This document shows, one piece after another, positions 22,176 to 31,024 of a stretch of 64,000 bases of DNA (position 1 is the stretch's first letter; every line of letters starts with the position of its first letter). The DNA is from Nitrosopumilus sp. GTDB lineage: Archaea; Thermoproteota; Nitrososphaeria; Nitrososphaerales; Nitrosopumilaceae. The notes under the pieces were generated by a model that worked only from the letters and a program-made list of their open reading frames with translations, was not told where the DNA came from and searched no databases. A program made the position numbers and the translations under genes. The stretch spans positions 736,001 through 800,000 of the forward strand of contig OZ244651.1 of the NCBI GenBank assembly GCA_965218695.1, given 5' to 3'.

Positions 22176-22226
22176 GGCACTGGCAATTTATCGGCAGGCG
22201 GCACCTGCCGACAAGTTACCAGTATC
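22176..22226. repeat. 51-bp palindromic mini-element with IS1595-like ends
   Basis: Arms GGCACTGGCAATTTATCGGCAGG and the reverse complement GATACTGGTAACTTGTCGGCAGG (18/23), with a 5-nt spacer. Confidence 0.6.
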
Positions 22227-22325
22227 CTGTGTTTCCAGGGCTCGAGACGATACCATTCCCAGACGGCCCATCGGACATCATGCCGCAATAATCTGCCCCT
22301 TTTAATCAGACCGGCCACACCATAC

Positions 22326-22589
22326 ATGACAAAAGATTTTGGGGCAAGATACAACGGGCACGACGTGGTGCTCAGCGTCGGGGAATCAGTCGCGTGCAGG
22401 AGCGACGGCGGTCATGTGTTTTTCAACATTCCAATCATGGACATACGGCTGGCAGTGCTTGCCGGCAGGACATCGTTCAGGCTCAACTGGCAGGATGGAA
22501 GGAAGGTGATAAACGCGCTTGTCAAGTCAGGGCATTCTGCCCGGATAGTCCAAGAGATACGCCTGACAGGGACAGAGGCAAATGAGTAA
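22326..22589 (+). CDS. Small hypothetical protein (PH-like)
   Basis: MTKDFGARYNG..., TTTTAAT at about -25, overlaps the start of the next gene. Confidence 0.55.
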   Translation: MTKDFGARYNGHDVVLSVGESVACRSDGGHVFFNIPIMDIRLAVLAGRTSFRLNWQDGRKVINALVKSGHSARIVQEIRLTGTEANE

Positions 22590-23898
22590 AGACGGGCAGG
22601 CTGCATGCAATGACGCGCCGCGCTCAGGCGCACAGGGGCCGTGCCCAAAATCAGGCAAGAAAGAGTACGCATCGACGGTCGAAAAGGGCACCGAGTTTGA
22701 GATTCAGGTGGCAGAACTGTTCAGATCATACGGCTACAAGGTCACGCACGACATCACACTTGTCGGAAAGTCTGGCGCGCCGCACCAGATCGACGTGCTT
22801 GCAGAATATGCGGCACCGCTGCATGCCACCAGGATAGCAGTCGAGGCAAAGGCGTACTCGCACAACGTCGTCAAGGACGTCATAATGAAACTTGCAAACA
22901 TACGCGATGATCTTGGCGTTGAGAGGGCCGTACTGGCTACCACCAAGGAGTTCACGTCAGGCGCGCTGACGACGGCGGCCCAGTACGGTTTTCTGGACAT
23001 GTGGAACGGTGACAAAGTAAACGAACTGATGGCAGACAGGGGAATCGACACCAGCGGCATGGGTCTGATGGGAGCTGCCAAGCGATTCATACCGGACAAG
23101 GCCCGTGCCAAGCGCGTCAGGCGCAACGCCGCAAAGTCGGCCAGGAGGAGATCCGGCGGCATGCTGTTTCGAAGGGGGATGCCCAAAGAGCGCATGGCAG
23201 GCGTTAGCCTAGTATCCTATCCGTACCTTGACGTGGCCGTCCAGACACGCATGGCCAGGGTTGAAAAGACCGGGTGGTGGTGGAGGAGGAAGGAATCGGT
23301 GATGCGCACGGTCGTGGATCACGTCACGCTGGACGGTCGCACGGGGGCGCTGGTGGATTTTGCCAAAAACGAGATGTCGTACCAGTACTCTTATCTCGGA
23401 TCTGTCGGCAGGGACGAGATGGCCATGCTCAAGCAGGCAGCAGGCAGACCGACATTCGGAAGAAACGAGATAATTCTCTCCGAGTTGTCGCCGGGCGCTG
23501 CAAACGCCGTGCTGTTGAGACTTGCCAGCCGCGGAATCATAAAACAGGTAAACGAGAAACCTGCAAGGTACGCGCTGAGGGTGCCTGTCCCGACGAGGCC
23601 AAGCAGCGTAACCGGCATAGACAGGCCGTACGGCAGCAGAATGGGGTATGAGAATCCGGGTAATCGCATGATAGGCCTCCGCGTTCCAGTCGGCAGCATA
23701 GAGGAGGGGCTTGGAAAGATCTGGACCGGGTGCAAGGTGGTGTCTGCAGAGCAGGTGTATTATCCATACTACGACGTGCGGTACGAGTCGTCTGACGGCG
23801 GCAGGAGAAACGAGATGGTAGACGGAGTAACCGGCAGGCCGCAGAAATACCTGGCCGAAGCCATGGCAGAAGACGACCAGTCCTTACCTGCAGTGTGA
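22582..23898 (+). CDS. Mrr-like PD-(D/E)XK restriction endonuclease domain protein
   Basis: KGTEFEIQVAELF, GKSGAPHQIDVLA, IAVEAKAY, FTSGA. Confidence 0.82.
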   Translation: MSKDGQAACNDAPRSGAQGPCPKSGKKEYASTVEKGTEFEIQVAELFRSYGYKVTHDITLVGKSGAPHQIDVLAEYAAPLHATRIAVEAKAYSHNVVKDVIMKLANIRDDLGVERAVLATTKEFTSGALTTAAQYGFLDMWNGDKVNELMADRGIDTSGMGLMGAAKRFIPDKARAKRVRRNAAKSARRRSGGMLFRRGMPKERMAGVSLVSYPYLDVAVQTRMARVEKTGWWWRRKESVMRTVVDHVTLDGRTGALVDFAKNEMSYQYSYLGSVGRDEMAMLKQAAGRPTFGRNEIILSELSPGAANAVLLRLASRGIIKQVNEKPARYALRVPVPTRPSSVTGIDRPYGSRMGYENPGNRMIGLRVPVGSIEEGLGKIWTGCKVVSAEQVYYPYYDVRYESSDGGRRNEMVDGVTGRPQKYLAEAMAEDDQSLPAV

Positions 23899-24217
23899 TT
23901 CAACTTGGGGGTCGGCCCGCCGATTGCATTTGCAGGGAAAAAAATTCCCCGCAAGCGTTATCTCGATTGAATTCAGGGAAAACCGGCATCGCCAGACGCT
24001 CCATGCCGGGTACGGCGGACCAAGCAGTCAGGATCCGTGATGCGCCGGACATGCCCGTGCTTGCCGGATCCTTGCATGCCCAATGCATGATTAATCCCGT
24101 CTTGACTGCAACATGACGGGTTCCCTGGTTACCTGGATGCTGTACGCGCCATTCAGGCGTGCTGTCGGGTACCGCAGATGCGCCTCGTCTGTCTACATGT
24201 AGTGGTGGCCTGCCAGG

Positions 24218-24526
24218 CTAGCAAGCAGAATTGGACTGGTTGTATCTGAGTATCCTGCACTCTACCCCGCAATACTTTGCCCCGTGCCTGCGGCCGGTTA
24301 TCCTGTCGCCACACCGGAAGCAACGCGTCGGTGCCTCTCCGTGTCCGTACTTGCCCACAGTGTGGCGGGCGTAGCAAAGCCCATTGCAGTATTTGGCATC
24401 GGCCCTCCTTCCCACGAGTTCCTCCCCGCAGTACGCGCATCTTGTCTTCATGCCGCGCCTGAGTTCCTCTATGAACGCCTCGGTGTCATTGGTTATCATG
24501 CCGCTTGTGCTGTACATCTGGCTCAT
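24218..24526 (-). CDS. Small protein with two treble-clef Zn-finger repeats
   Basis: CAYCG..GRRADAKYCNGLC and CFRCG..GRRHGAKYCGVEC; AT-rich promoter region 24548-24600. Confidence 0.7.
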   Translation of the reverse strand: MSQMYSTSGMITNDTEAFIEELRRGMKTRCAYCGEELVGRRADAKYCNGLCYARHTVGKYGHGEAPTRCFRCGDRITGRRHGAKYCGVECRILRYNQSNSAC

Positions 24527-24721
24527 TGTCGGTTCTCCATACGTATCCTTTATACACATATATGATATATAAATATAATACTTAAAAATACTGTATATGT
24601 GTGATGTGGTACAGGCACCATGACGTCTTGCGCTTTCAGGCATGGACTCTGACGTGCCGACAGGACTCTTGCGTTGGTTGCCGCATCACAGTACCTTATA
24701 CGCAAAATCCACCTTCTCCCC

Positions 24722-24874
24722 ATGAAGTGTTACATATGCAGCAGCAGCAACGACGACGGCGGCGGCGACTGCACGGAATGCGAATCCTGCGGGGCAGTCG
24801 CGTGCAAAGACCACAGCATGACCGGCAACGGCGGCAAAACATACTGCGGTACGTGCATCGCCATACACGGGTAA
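24722..24874 (+). CDS. 50-aa Cys-rich Zn-binding protein
   Basis: CYIC, CTECESC, CKDH, CGTC; CTTATAC at about -26. Confidence 0.6.
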   Translation: MKCYICSSSNDDGGGDCTECESCGAVACKDHSMTGNGGKTYCGTCIAIHG

Positions 24875-24946
24875 GGCGTGCCTGCTTTGCCAACCCCTTT
24901 TTTCCAACTTTTACGGGGAGGGGCAGTGGTAACCTGTAGGCAGGCA

Positions 24947-26436
24947 TAGTATTTTGATTAATGATCCGGACAAATGAGTCCACAAACCCGATCCGCTTCT
25001 TGAGGAAACTGAAAGATTCAGATCACCCGATCCCCTCCGGCCTTCATGCCGCATGCAGAAAGGGTAAGACGTGGGGACGGGTTCCTTCCAGGCTTCAGCC
25101 TGCAGGATCTGCAGGAGATGCGGGACGGGGAACGGGACCCCAAGGCAAGGACGATCCTGCAGGCCGCCATCCATCGTAAGACGGGGCTCTCCCTAGACCG
25201 CATAGTCGATGCGATCGGATTCGTTCGCAGTACGGTGTACGGCTGGCTGGCGCGTCTCGCGGCGGGCGGGGTCGGACGCAGGCACGACCGCAAAAGCCCC
25301 GGCAGGCCGTGCCGGCTGGACGAGAGGCAGAGGGTGCAGCTGGACGGAATCATCCGCGAGAGCCCGGAGAGGTCAGGCTTCCACTCCGACATGTGGATCT
25401 CCCGCATGGTCGCAGGCTGCATATGGAAGGTCTTCGGCGTGCGGTACAGCCCCTCCGGAGCCCTCAGGCTGACGGGCAGGATGGGCTTTTCCGTCAGGAA
25501 ACGCAGGCCCGTGCCGCAGAACACCGCCGGCCGGGATGAGATCGAAAGGTACGTGAAGGAGGCTGCCAGGAAGATCGTGTCCTTCCACCGGAGGGGGCAC
25601 ACGCTCTTCTGCCTGGACGCGTGCACAATCGTCAACTCCCCCGCGCCCAGATACGGGATACTGCCAAGGGGGGAGAGGGACACGACATGCATAAGCCGTT
25701 CGAGGAAGGGGGTTCACGTCCTCGGGGCGCTGGGCAGCGAGTCGGTCGAGCTTGACTATCCGGAGAGCCTGAAGTCGGAGGGGGTCATCGCGTTTCTGAG
25801 GCGCCTGCACGGAAAACACGGCAGGATCCTCGTGATACTGGACAACGCGGGGGCTCACAAGAGCCGGGCCATGGGGAAGTACCTGGAAAGCACGGACGGC
25901 GAAGTGGCGCTGCTCTTCCTGCCGCCGCGCACCCCACAGCACAATCCCATCGAGATGCTGTGGAGGGAGATCAAGAAGGCGATATCGAACACGTATTTTG
26001 ACGGGGAGGACGAAATGAAAGAGAGGATCGCGCGGCTGGTGGGGGAAGGCGGAATTCCCAGAATCCGGCTCCTCTGGTACATGCGTGAGGCCGTCTGCCC
26101 GGCCGAAGGGGCAAGGCCTGCCTCCCTTCCGGCTCCCGTTCCTTCCCACAACCGGGCTCCCGTGGAACCTCCCTGCAGGAAGGGGCGCCCGAGATGCCGC
26201 CTGGCCCTACAGAACCGGGCCCCGGTAGCGTTCTAGCCCCCCGTCTTCCACACGGTCCGGCTGAAAGAGGTCGCCGTCCCCACGCCAGGAAGAGAAAAGA
26301 TGTTCCGAACCGTCTCCGCCTAGGCGGAATGCTGCGAAAATCCTTTCATATGCATCATGATAAATCAATTTGCCAATAGAAAGCACGATTGCCGCAGAAT
26401 TATGACCCGTTGTCCGAATCATTAGTCAAAATACTA
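24947..26436 (+). mobile_element. IS630-family insertion sequence
   Basis: 27-bp IR TAGTATTTTGATTAATGATCCGGACAA (2 mismatches); GGCA on both flanks. Confidence 0.92.
25046..26236 (+). CDS. IS630-family transposase
   Basis: KSPGRP, CLDAC, ILDNAGAH, LPPRTPQHNPIE. Confidence 0.9.
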   Translation: MPHAERVRRGDGFLPGFSLQDLQEMRDGERDPKARTILQAAIHRKTGLSLDRIVDAIGFVRSTVYGWLARLAAGGVGRRHDRKSPGRPCRLDERQRVQLDGIIRESPERSGFHSDMWISRMVAGCIWKVFGVRYSPSGALRLTGRMGFSVRKRRPVPQNTAGRDEIERYVKEAARKIVSFHRRGHTLFCLDACTIVNSPAPRYGILPRGERDTTCISRSRKGVHVLGALGSESVELDYPESLKSEGVIAFLRRLHGKHGRILVILDNAGAHKSRAMGKYLESTDGEVALLFLPPRTPQHNPIEMLWREIKKAISNTYFDGEDEMKERIARLVGEGGIPRIRLLWYMREAVCPAEGARPASLPAPVPSHNRAPVEPPCRKGRPRCRLALQNRAPVAF

Positions 26437-26537
26437 GGCACACCGGACGTGCGACGGCATGTTTGGTTATTTGTAGGCACTGCCAGACGGCATGGACGTG
26501 TAAAGGGAACCTGGACTGACGCTGTGTGCGGGAACCC

Positions 26538-28244
26538 CTACCTGATCTCCGGCCGCCTGCCAATCCTAGACAGAATCCAGTCTATCTGCCTCTGCATGGC
26601 CTCTATTTTTTTGTCATACGTGCCAAGCAGCGCGTCATCCCTGTAGGAGATGGCCTGCCTGCGTGCAAGTTCCTCCATCAGGCTCTTTATCTCGGCGTCC
26701 ATCTCGCCGAGCCTGGCCTCTGAGCCAACGGGACTCTCGCCGCCCAGCATGCTCTCCGTCTTGCTTATGACGTTGATCTTGCCGGATGCCTTTGCGTACT
26801 CCCGGCGCAGCGTATCGGGATACATGGCAGGCTTTTCATAGGAGTCCCTTGGCTTGTGCCCGAGAATAAAGTCGGCCACATACTGCGCACACCCGCAGTC
26901 CATGAGCGTGGTCTTTAACAGATCACGAAGCTCGTGCGCGCGTATCTTGTACATTCTGTTTCCAATCTTCTTCTGCAGCCCGGCATTGACTGCCAGTTTG
27001 CCCATCTCCATCGATATCCAGATGCTTTTGAGGGGCCGGCCGGACCTGACAAACAGCGGACCGTCGGGATCAAAACCCCCACACTCCCCGATGCGCCAGT
27101 CCAGATAATTCTGTATGGCAGTAATGGCATCAGCATCCAGAAAGGTTATGAACCGCACCCCGGTCTTCATCCTGACGAGCCGGATTGGGACAGGGCACCG
27201 GGCCGTCTCCCATGCGGCGTGGTTGTTTGTCCCGAAGTATTTGGCAATCTGGGAATACGCCTCAAAGTTGAATCGGTCTGCAAGCGTGGACGAGTCCAGT
27301 CCGGCCTGAAACTTTACCAGCAGGACTGCCGTCAGCAGTGCAGACGGCTTTCCCTCAGTCAGCATCCGATGCCACTCGTCCAGCGTCAGTCCGCCCTCGT
27401 CTCTCATCTCCTGCGTGTCATGATCCCGCGGGTCGTACTTCATTCCAACAGGGGACTCGTTTTTTGCAAAATATGACATGATTGCAGAAAACGTGGTACT
27501 CATGCTGCTGGGACCGACATCTCTGTGCATCGGGTCTATGAGGTATGTCCTGATGATCCTTGTGACGTCCTTTTTGGATATGGCAGAATCATCAAACATG
27601 GTCAGGAGCTGCTCAACGTTTTCGAACCGGGTCTCAAGGATTCGCTCCTCCAGGGTGTGGTTCCCAACCCGGACGTTCTGCTTGATCGTAAAGGACCTGG
27701 CAGTCAGCCACCTGTCAAAACTGGCAAGACGGCGCACGTACATGGAGCGGGTGGTGTTGCTGCTGTTGTATGATGCAGACGCGTTCCTGTATCGGCTTCC
27801 ACGCAGCTGCCTTTCCCAGTATTGCACGCTTTGGAGGCAGTTTATGTGGGTTCTCTTTGGGGACATGGTCTTTTTGATTATGCCCCGTTTCTGCGCAATG
27901 CTGAGCGCCTGGTAGTGGTAGTTGATGAACGTCGCCTTTGAGCATGATTTGGGCCTGTCAGGCATGTCCCTTTGGATTATCTCGTCGGCAGAGAACCGCG
28001 TCCCGGTGTCTCCAAACCTGTAGACTATCTGTGTGAACCTTTTGGGCATCCTGTCCAGTCTGTCCGGCGTGGGATGCTGGCATACCTCGTATTGTGTGCC
28101 CCATTGTGGAGTCCCGATGGGCTGCTGCTGTTGCCCGTCTCCCGGGATTGGGGATTGCGGCGTGCGGGGTGTTGTCGGTTGCTCCATGATTGCCTTGCGC
28201 AGTTTCTGCGTTCCTTCGTGATGGGCCGTTTTGGCCTTTTTCAT
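26538..28244 (-). CDS. Tyrosine recombinase/integrase
   Basis: RMKTG, RAHELRDLLKT, FILGH, DSYEK. Sits at the boundary between ICE-like and core genes. Start uncertain. Confidence 0.85.
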   Translation of the reverse strand: MKKAKTAHHEGTQKLRKAIMEQPTTPRTPQSPIPGDGQQQQPIGTPQWGTQYEVCQHPTPDRLDRMPKRFTQIVYRFGDTGTRFSADEIIQRDMPDRPKSCSKATFINYHYQALSIAQKRGIIKKTMSPKRTHINCLQSVQYWERQLRGSRYRNASASYNSSNTTRSMYVRRLASFDRWLTARSFTIKQNVRVGNHTLEERILETRFENVEQLLTMFDDSAISKKDVTRIIRTYLIDPMHRDVGPSSMSTTFSAIMSYFAKNESPVGMKYDPRDHDTQEMRDEGGLTLDEWHRMLTEGKPSALLTAVLLVKFQAGLDSSTLADRFNFEAYSQIAKYFGTNNHAAWETARCPVPIRLVRMKTGVRFITFLDADAITAIQNYLDWRIGECGGFDPDGPLFVRSGRPLKSIWISMEMGKLAVNAGLQKKIGNRMYKIRAHELRDLLKTTLMDCGCAQYVADFILGHKPRDSYEKPAMYPDTLRREYAKASGKINVISKTESMLGGESPVGSEARLGEMDAEIKSLMEELARRQAISYRDDALLGTYDKKIEAMQRQIDWILSRIGRRPEIR

Positions 28245-28566
28245 TGTTCTTCCTCTCCATTTCCCTATATGAGGTCGTACTATGGAGCGCCATCGGCATG
28301 CGGCGGCAGGCGGATGGCATTTCCAAGGGATCTGGCACGCCGCGATGCAGAAAGCGCCTGTCATGGCGTCGTCTGTCCGCTCCCGATACCAGCATCATGC
28401 AAGGGACGGGCAACTTTTGGAATAATTCGCTTTGGGACCAAGCAGCAGACAGATTTCGTAACTGGTTAGGTTCACGACTGGATTTTGAGGTCAACAGACA
28501 GCGAACCTAACCTTTTACACAGATTTCTCCCTCAGACTTTATCTATTACCGGAACACCACACCATC

Positions 28567-28818
28567 ATGGAGAGTTGCGACCGGCGCGTCCGGGCATACA
28601 AGAACGGAAGGACCCTTGAGCAGTGCCGCGACATTGCCGAATCAATGAATCCCGGATTCAAGGCACAGATAGAGCAGAACGGCCGCGTCCTGTGGAGCGA
28701 GATACTTGCGCAGGCGGATCATGACGAGCTTGTCTACAAGTTTACGCTAAAGTTTCTCAGGCGCGACGGCTACGACATTGGCAACTACAAGACTCCCGAG
28801 GTAAAGCGGTTTGCCTAG
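28567..28818 (+). CDS. Conserved thaumarchaeal hypothetical protein
   Basis: DHDELVYKFTLKFLRRDGYDIGN; TTTATC TATA at about -28. Confidence 0.75.
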   Translation: MESCDRRVRAYKNGRTLEQCRDIAESMNPGFKAQIEQNGRVLWSEILAQADHDELVYKFTLKFLRRDGYDIGNYKTPEVKRFA

Positions 28819-29630
28819 TCGCATCTGCTGCTGCTGTTGCTCCTGCTCTGCTGCAGCCTTCTTGCCATGACGTATGGCGTGGCAAGCAGTATGGGGATTG
28901 ACACTGCTATGAAGAGCGTCTGCATCTGGGCCAGCGCAATGGAGAGCGCGATTCCGCTTGCAGTTCCCACAAAGACAGACAGGAACGTTCCGGCGCACGT
29001 GGGGCATGCGATGAAGAGTCCGGTCGCCGCGCCTACTGCGCCCATCCCCCTGCCCTTTTTGGATATCTGGTAGGCGTTTGCAGCGACTGCGGCGTTGAGC
29101 CCCACCAGATACGAGACTGTCACCTGCAGCACCAGGTTGACTGGAATGACCTGCAGCCCAACGTGCTCTGTGAGGTACAGTATTATCTTTGGCATGTATC
29201 CCGGGGCATCGCAGCACGGGGATACAAATCCGGATGGAATCTCAGCGCCGTAGTGGATTGCAAAGTTTACCTCCGGCTGGTACACGAGCGTTCCTGACGC
29301 AAGCGAGAAGAATATCCCATAGCATACAAACGTGGCGACAAAGATTTTGCGTGATCTGTGATTCCATGTAATCCGGGCAATGACTGAAGAGAGGTCCTGT
29401 CCCGTTCCGCCTGCCTTCCATGCGTGGTACCTGTACATGCCTACTGCAACTGCCCCAAGGGATGCGGCCAGTGCGACATAGAACCCGTATGCTATCCTCT
29501 GTATCGGCTCTATTGCCTCAGGCGTAAGGAGTTCCGAATCCTGGTACCTTCCATACAGCACAAACAGCACCATGATCGCCCCGAATCCCAAAAGTATCAT
29601 GGGCTTTCCTGTGCCCGGCGAGAGGTTCAT
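28815..29630 (-). CDS. Conserved membrane protein (CC and CPTC motifs)
   Basis: Multiple TM helices, GLFIACPTCAG. Confidence 0.75.
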   Translation of the reverse strand: MNLSPGTGKPMILLGFGAIMVLFVLYGRYQDSELLTPEAIEPIQRIAYGFYVALAASLGAVAVGMYRYHAWKAGGTGQDLSSVIARITWNHRSRKIFVATFVCYGIFFSLASGTLVYQPEVNFAIHYGAEIPSGFVSPCCDAPGYMPKIILYLTEHVGLQVIPVNLVLQVTVSYLVGLNAAVAANAYQISKKGRGMGAVGAATGLFIACPTCAGTFLSVFVGTASGIALSIALAQMQTLFIAVSIPILLATPYVMARRLQQSRSNSSSRCD

Positions 29631-29673
29631 GGTTTGTACACTGCTCCGGTCTGATTAAATCCTATCTTGCATG

Positions 29674-31011
29674 GGAACTGTAAAGTTACAGTGACCCACT
29701 CATGCCGGCACACGAACACGGATATGCGGATATCGTGTGTTCGGCCGCCCTTAAAAGCCGCGCCGGCCAACATAATACGTTAAACACACCGAATGCGTCT
29801 GGCAGTTCCACGACCGCCACGACGAGCTCAAAGAAACGTTTGAGAATTTCAGGCACGGCACCAACGAGGCCATCAGGCTCGGAATACTCCACAACATCAC
29901 GTCAACCAAAAAGTTCCAAGAACTCGCGTATCCTGGGATGAGGCGGAAAGGACACTATGCCACCCACACGCAGGAGGCAATCAAGACCGGAAAATCTCTG
30001 TTAAAAGCATGGCGTACCGCGCTCCGCAAGGCCGCAAGGAAGGCCAAGGACAAAAAGAAAGGCAACGCCAAGACAAGAAAATCCAACCCTGCCAAGAAGC
30101 CCAAAAAAACCACGCGGCCGTACGTCAGAAAAGACGTGCTCAAGATAAACAACCAGAACTACAAGATCATTGACGGTTCCATTGTTATTCCCGCGATGCT
30201 CGGAGACCATGTCCGAATCAGGCTCGCATCCTACGTGTCAGAGAAGATCCAAGGTGGAAAACTTGGCGGCATCACGCTTACCAAGGACAGGCTGATCGTG
30301 TCATATTCGGAGACAGTCGAACAAGCAGTCCCAGACGGATGGCTCGGAATGGACCTGAATTTGGACAACATCACCACGTATGACAGCCAATGCAACGTAA
30401 AAGTCATGGACATTGCCAAAGTCAGGCATATCAGGGAGAAATGCAGGGGTAAAGTCAGTCGTTTCAAGCGGAATGACCACCGTGTAAGGAAGAAGATTGC
30501 CTCAAAGTACGGCAAGAAAGAAAAAGACAGGACCACGCCCATCATGCACGCGGCGGCAGGCGAGATCGTCTCGCGGAACCGGGGAATCGTCATGGAAGAC
30601 CTGACGGACATGAAAGGCAAGTGGAAGAAGGGTTGCGGGACGTCAAAAAAGACCAGAACCAAACTGAACAGTTGGGGATATCATATTTTGCAATTCATGG
30701 TTGAATACAAGGCTAGAAGGCTCGGCCTTCCGACCAAGAAAATATCGGCGGCAGGCACGTCATCAAGGTGCGCGGAATGTGGAGGTAAGATGAACCCCGA
30801 AGCGCACCGCATGGTAACGTGCACACGCTGCCACGTGTCCATAGACAGGGACAAGAATGCAGGTAAAAACATACTTGCACGTGGGCTGTGGTTCGGCCCA
30901 GTCGGGTCCGCAGATGAAGCGATGGTGAGGGCTAGATCCGGGAAGCCGGATTCGAATACTTCAGTCGATGCGGATCAGTCAAGTCGCGGGTCACCGTAAC
31001 TTTACAGAACC
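29674..31011 (+). mobile_element. Non-autonomous TIR element carrying tnpB
   Basis: TIRs GGAACTGTAAAGTTACAGTGACCC and reverse complement GGTTCTGTAAAGTTACGGTGACCC (21/24); 8-bp TSD CTTGCATG (29666-29673, 31012-31019). Confidence 0.9.
29776..30999 (+). CDS. tnpB: RNA-guided endonuclease TnpB
   Basis: RuvC I GMDLN, RuvC II VMEDL, Zn finger TSSRCAEC..CTRC, RuvC III DRDKNAGKNI. Frame is open from 29776; first ATG is at 29938. Confidence 0.92.
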   Translation, partial: YVKHTECVWQFHDRHDELKETFENFRHGTNEAIRLGILHNITSTKKFQELAYPGMRRKGHYATHTQEAIKTGKSLLKAWRTALRKAARKAKDKKKGNAKTRKSNPAKKPKKTTRPYVRKDVLKINNQNYKIIDGSIVIPAMLGDHVRIRLASYVSEKIQGGKLGGITLTKDRLIVSYSETVEQAVPDGWLGMDLNLDNITTYDSQCNVKVMDIAKVRHIREKCRGKVSRFKRNDHRVRKKIASKYGKKEKDRTTPIMHAAAGEIVSRNRGIVMEDLTDMKGKWKKGCGTSKKTRTKLNSWGYHILQFMVEYKARRLGLPTKKISAAGTSSRCAECGGKMNPEAHRMVTCTRCHVSIDRDKNAGKNILARGLWFGPVGSADEAMVRARSGKPDSNTSVDADQSSRGSP

Positions 31012-31024
31012 CTTGCATGACTCC

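Noticed and set aside
28420-28445. TTCGCTTTGGGACC as a tRNA-Pro-derived att site next to the integrase
   Set aside because: Too short, with no tRNA T-arm or partner repeat in the window; cannot be supported.
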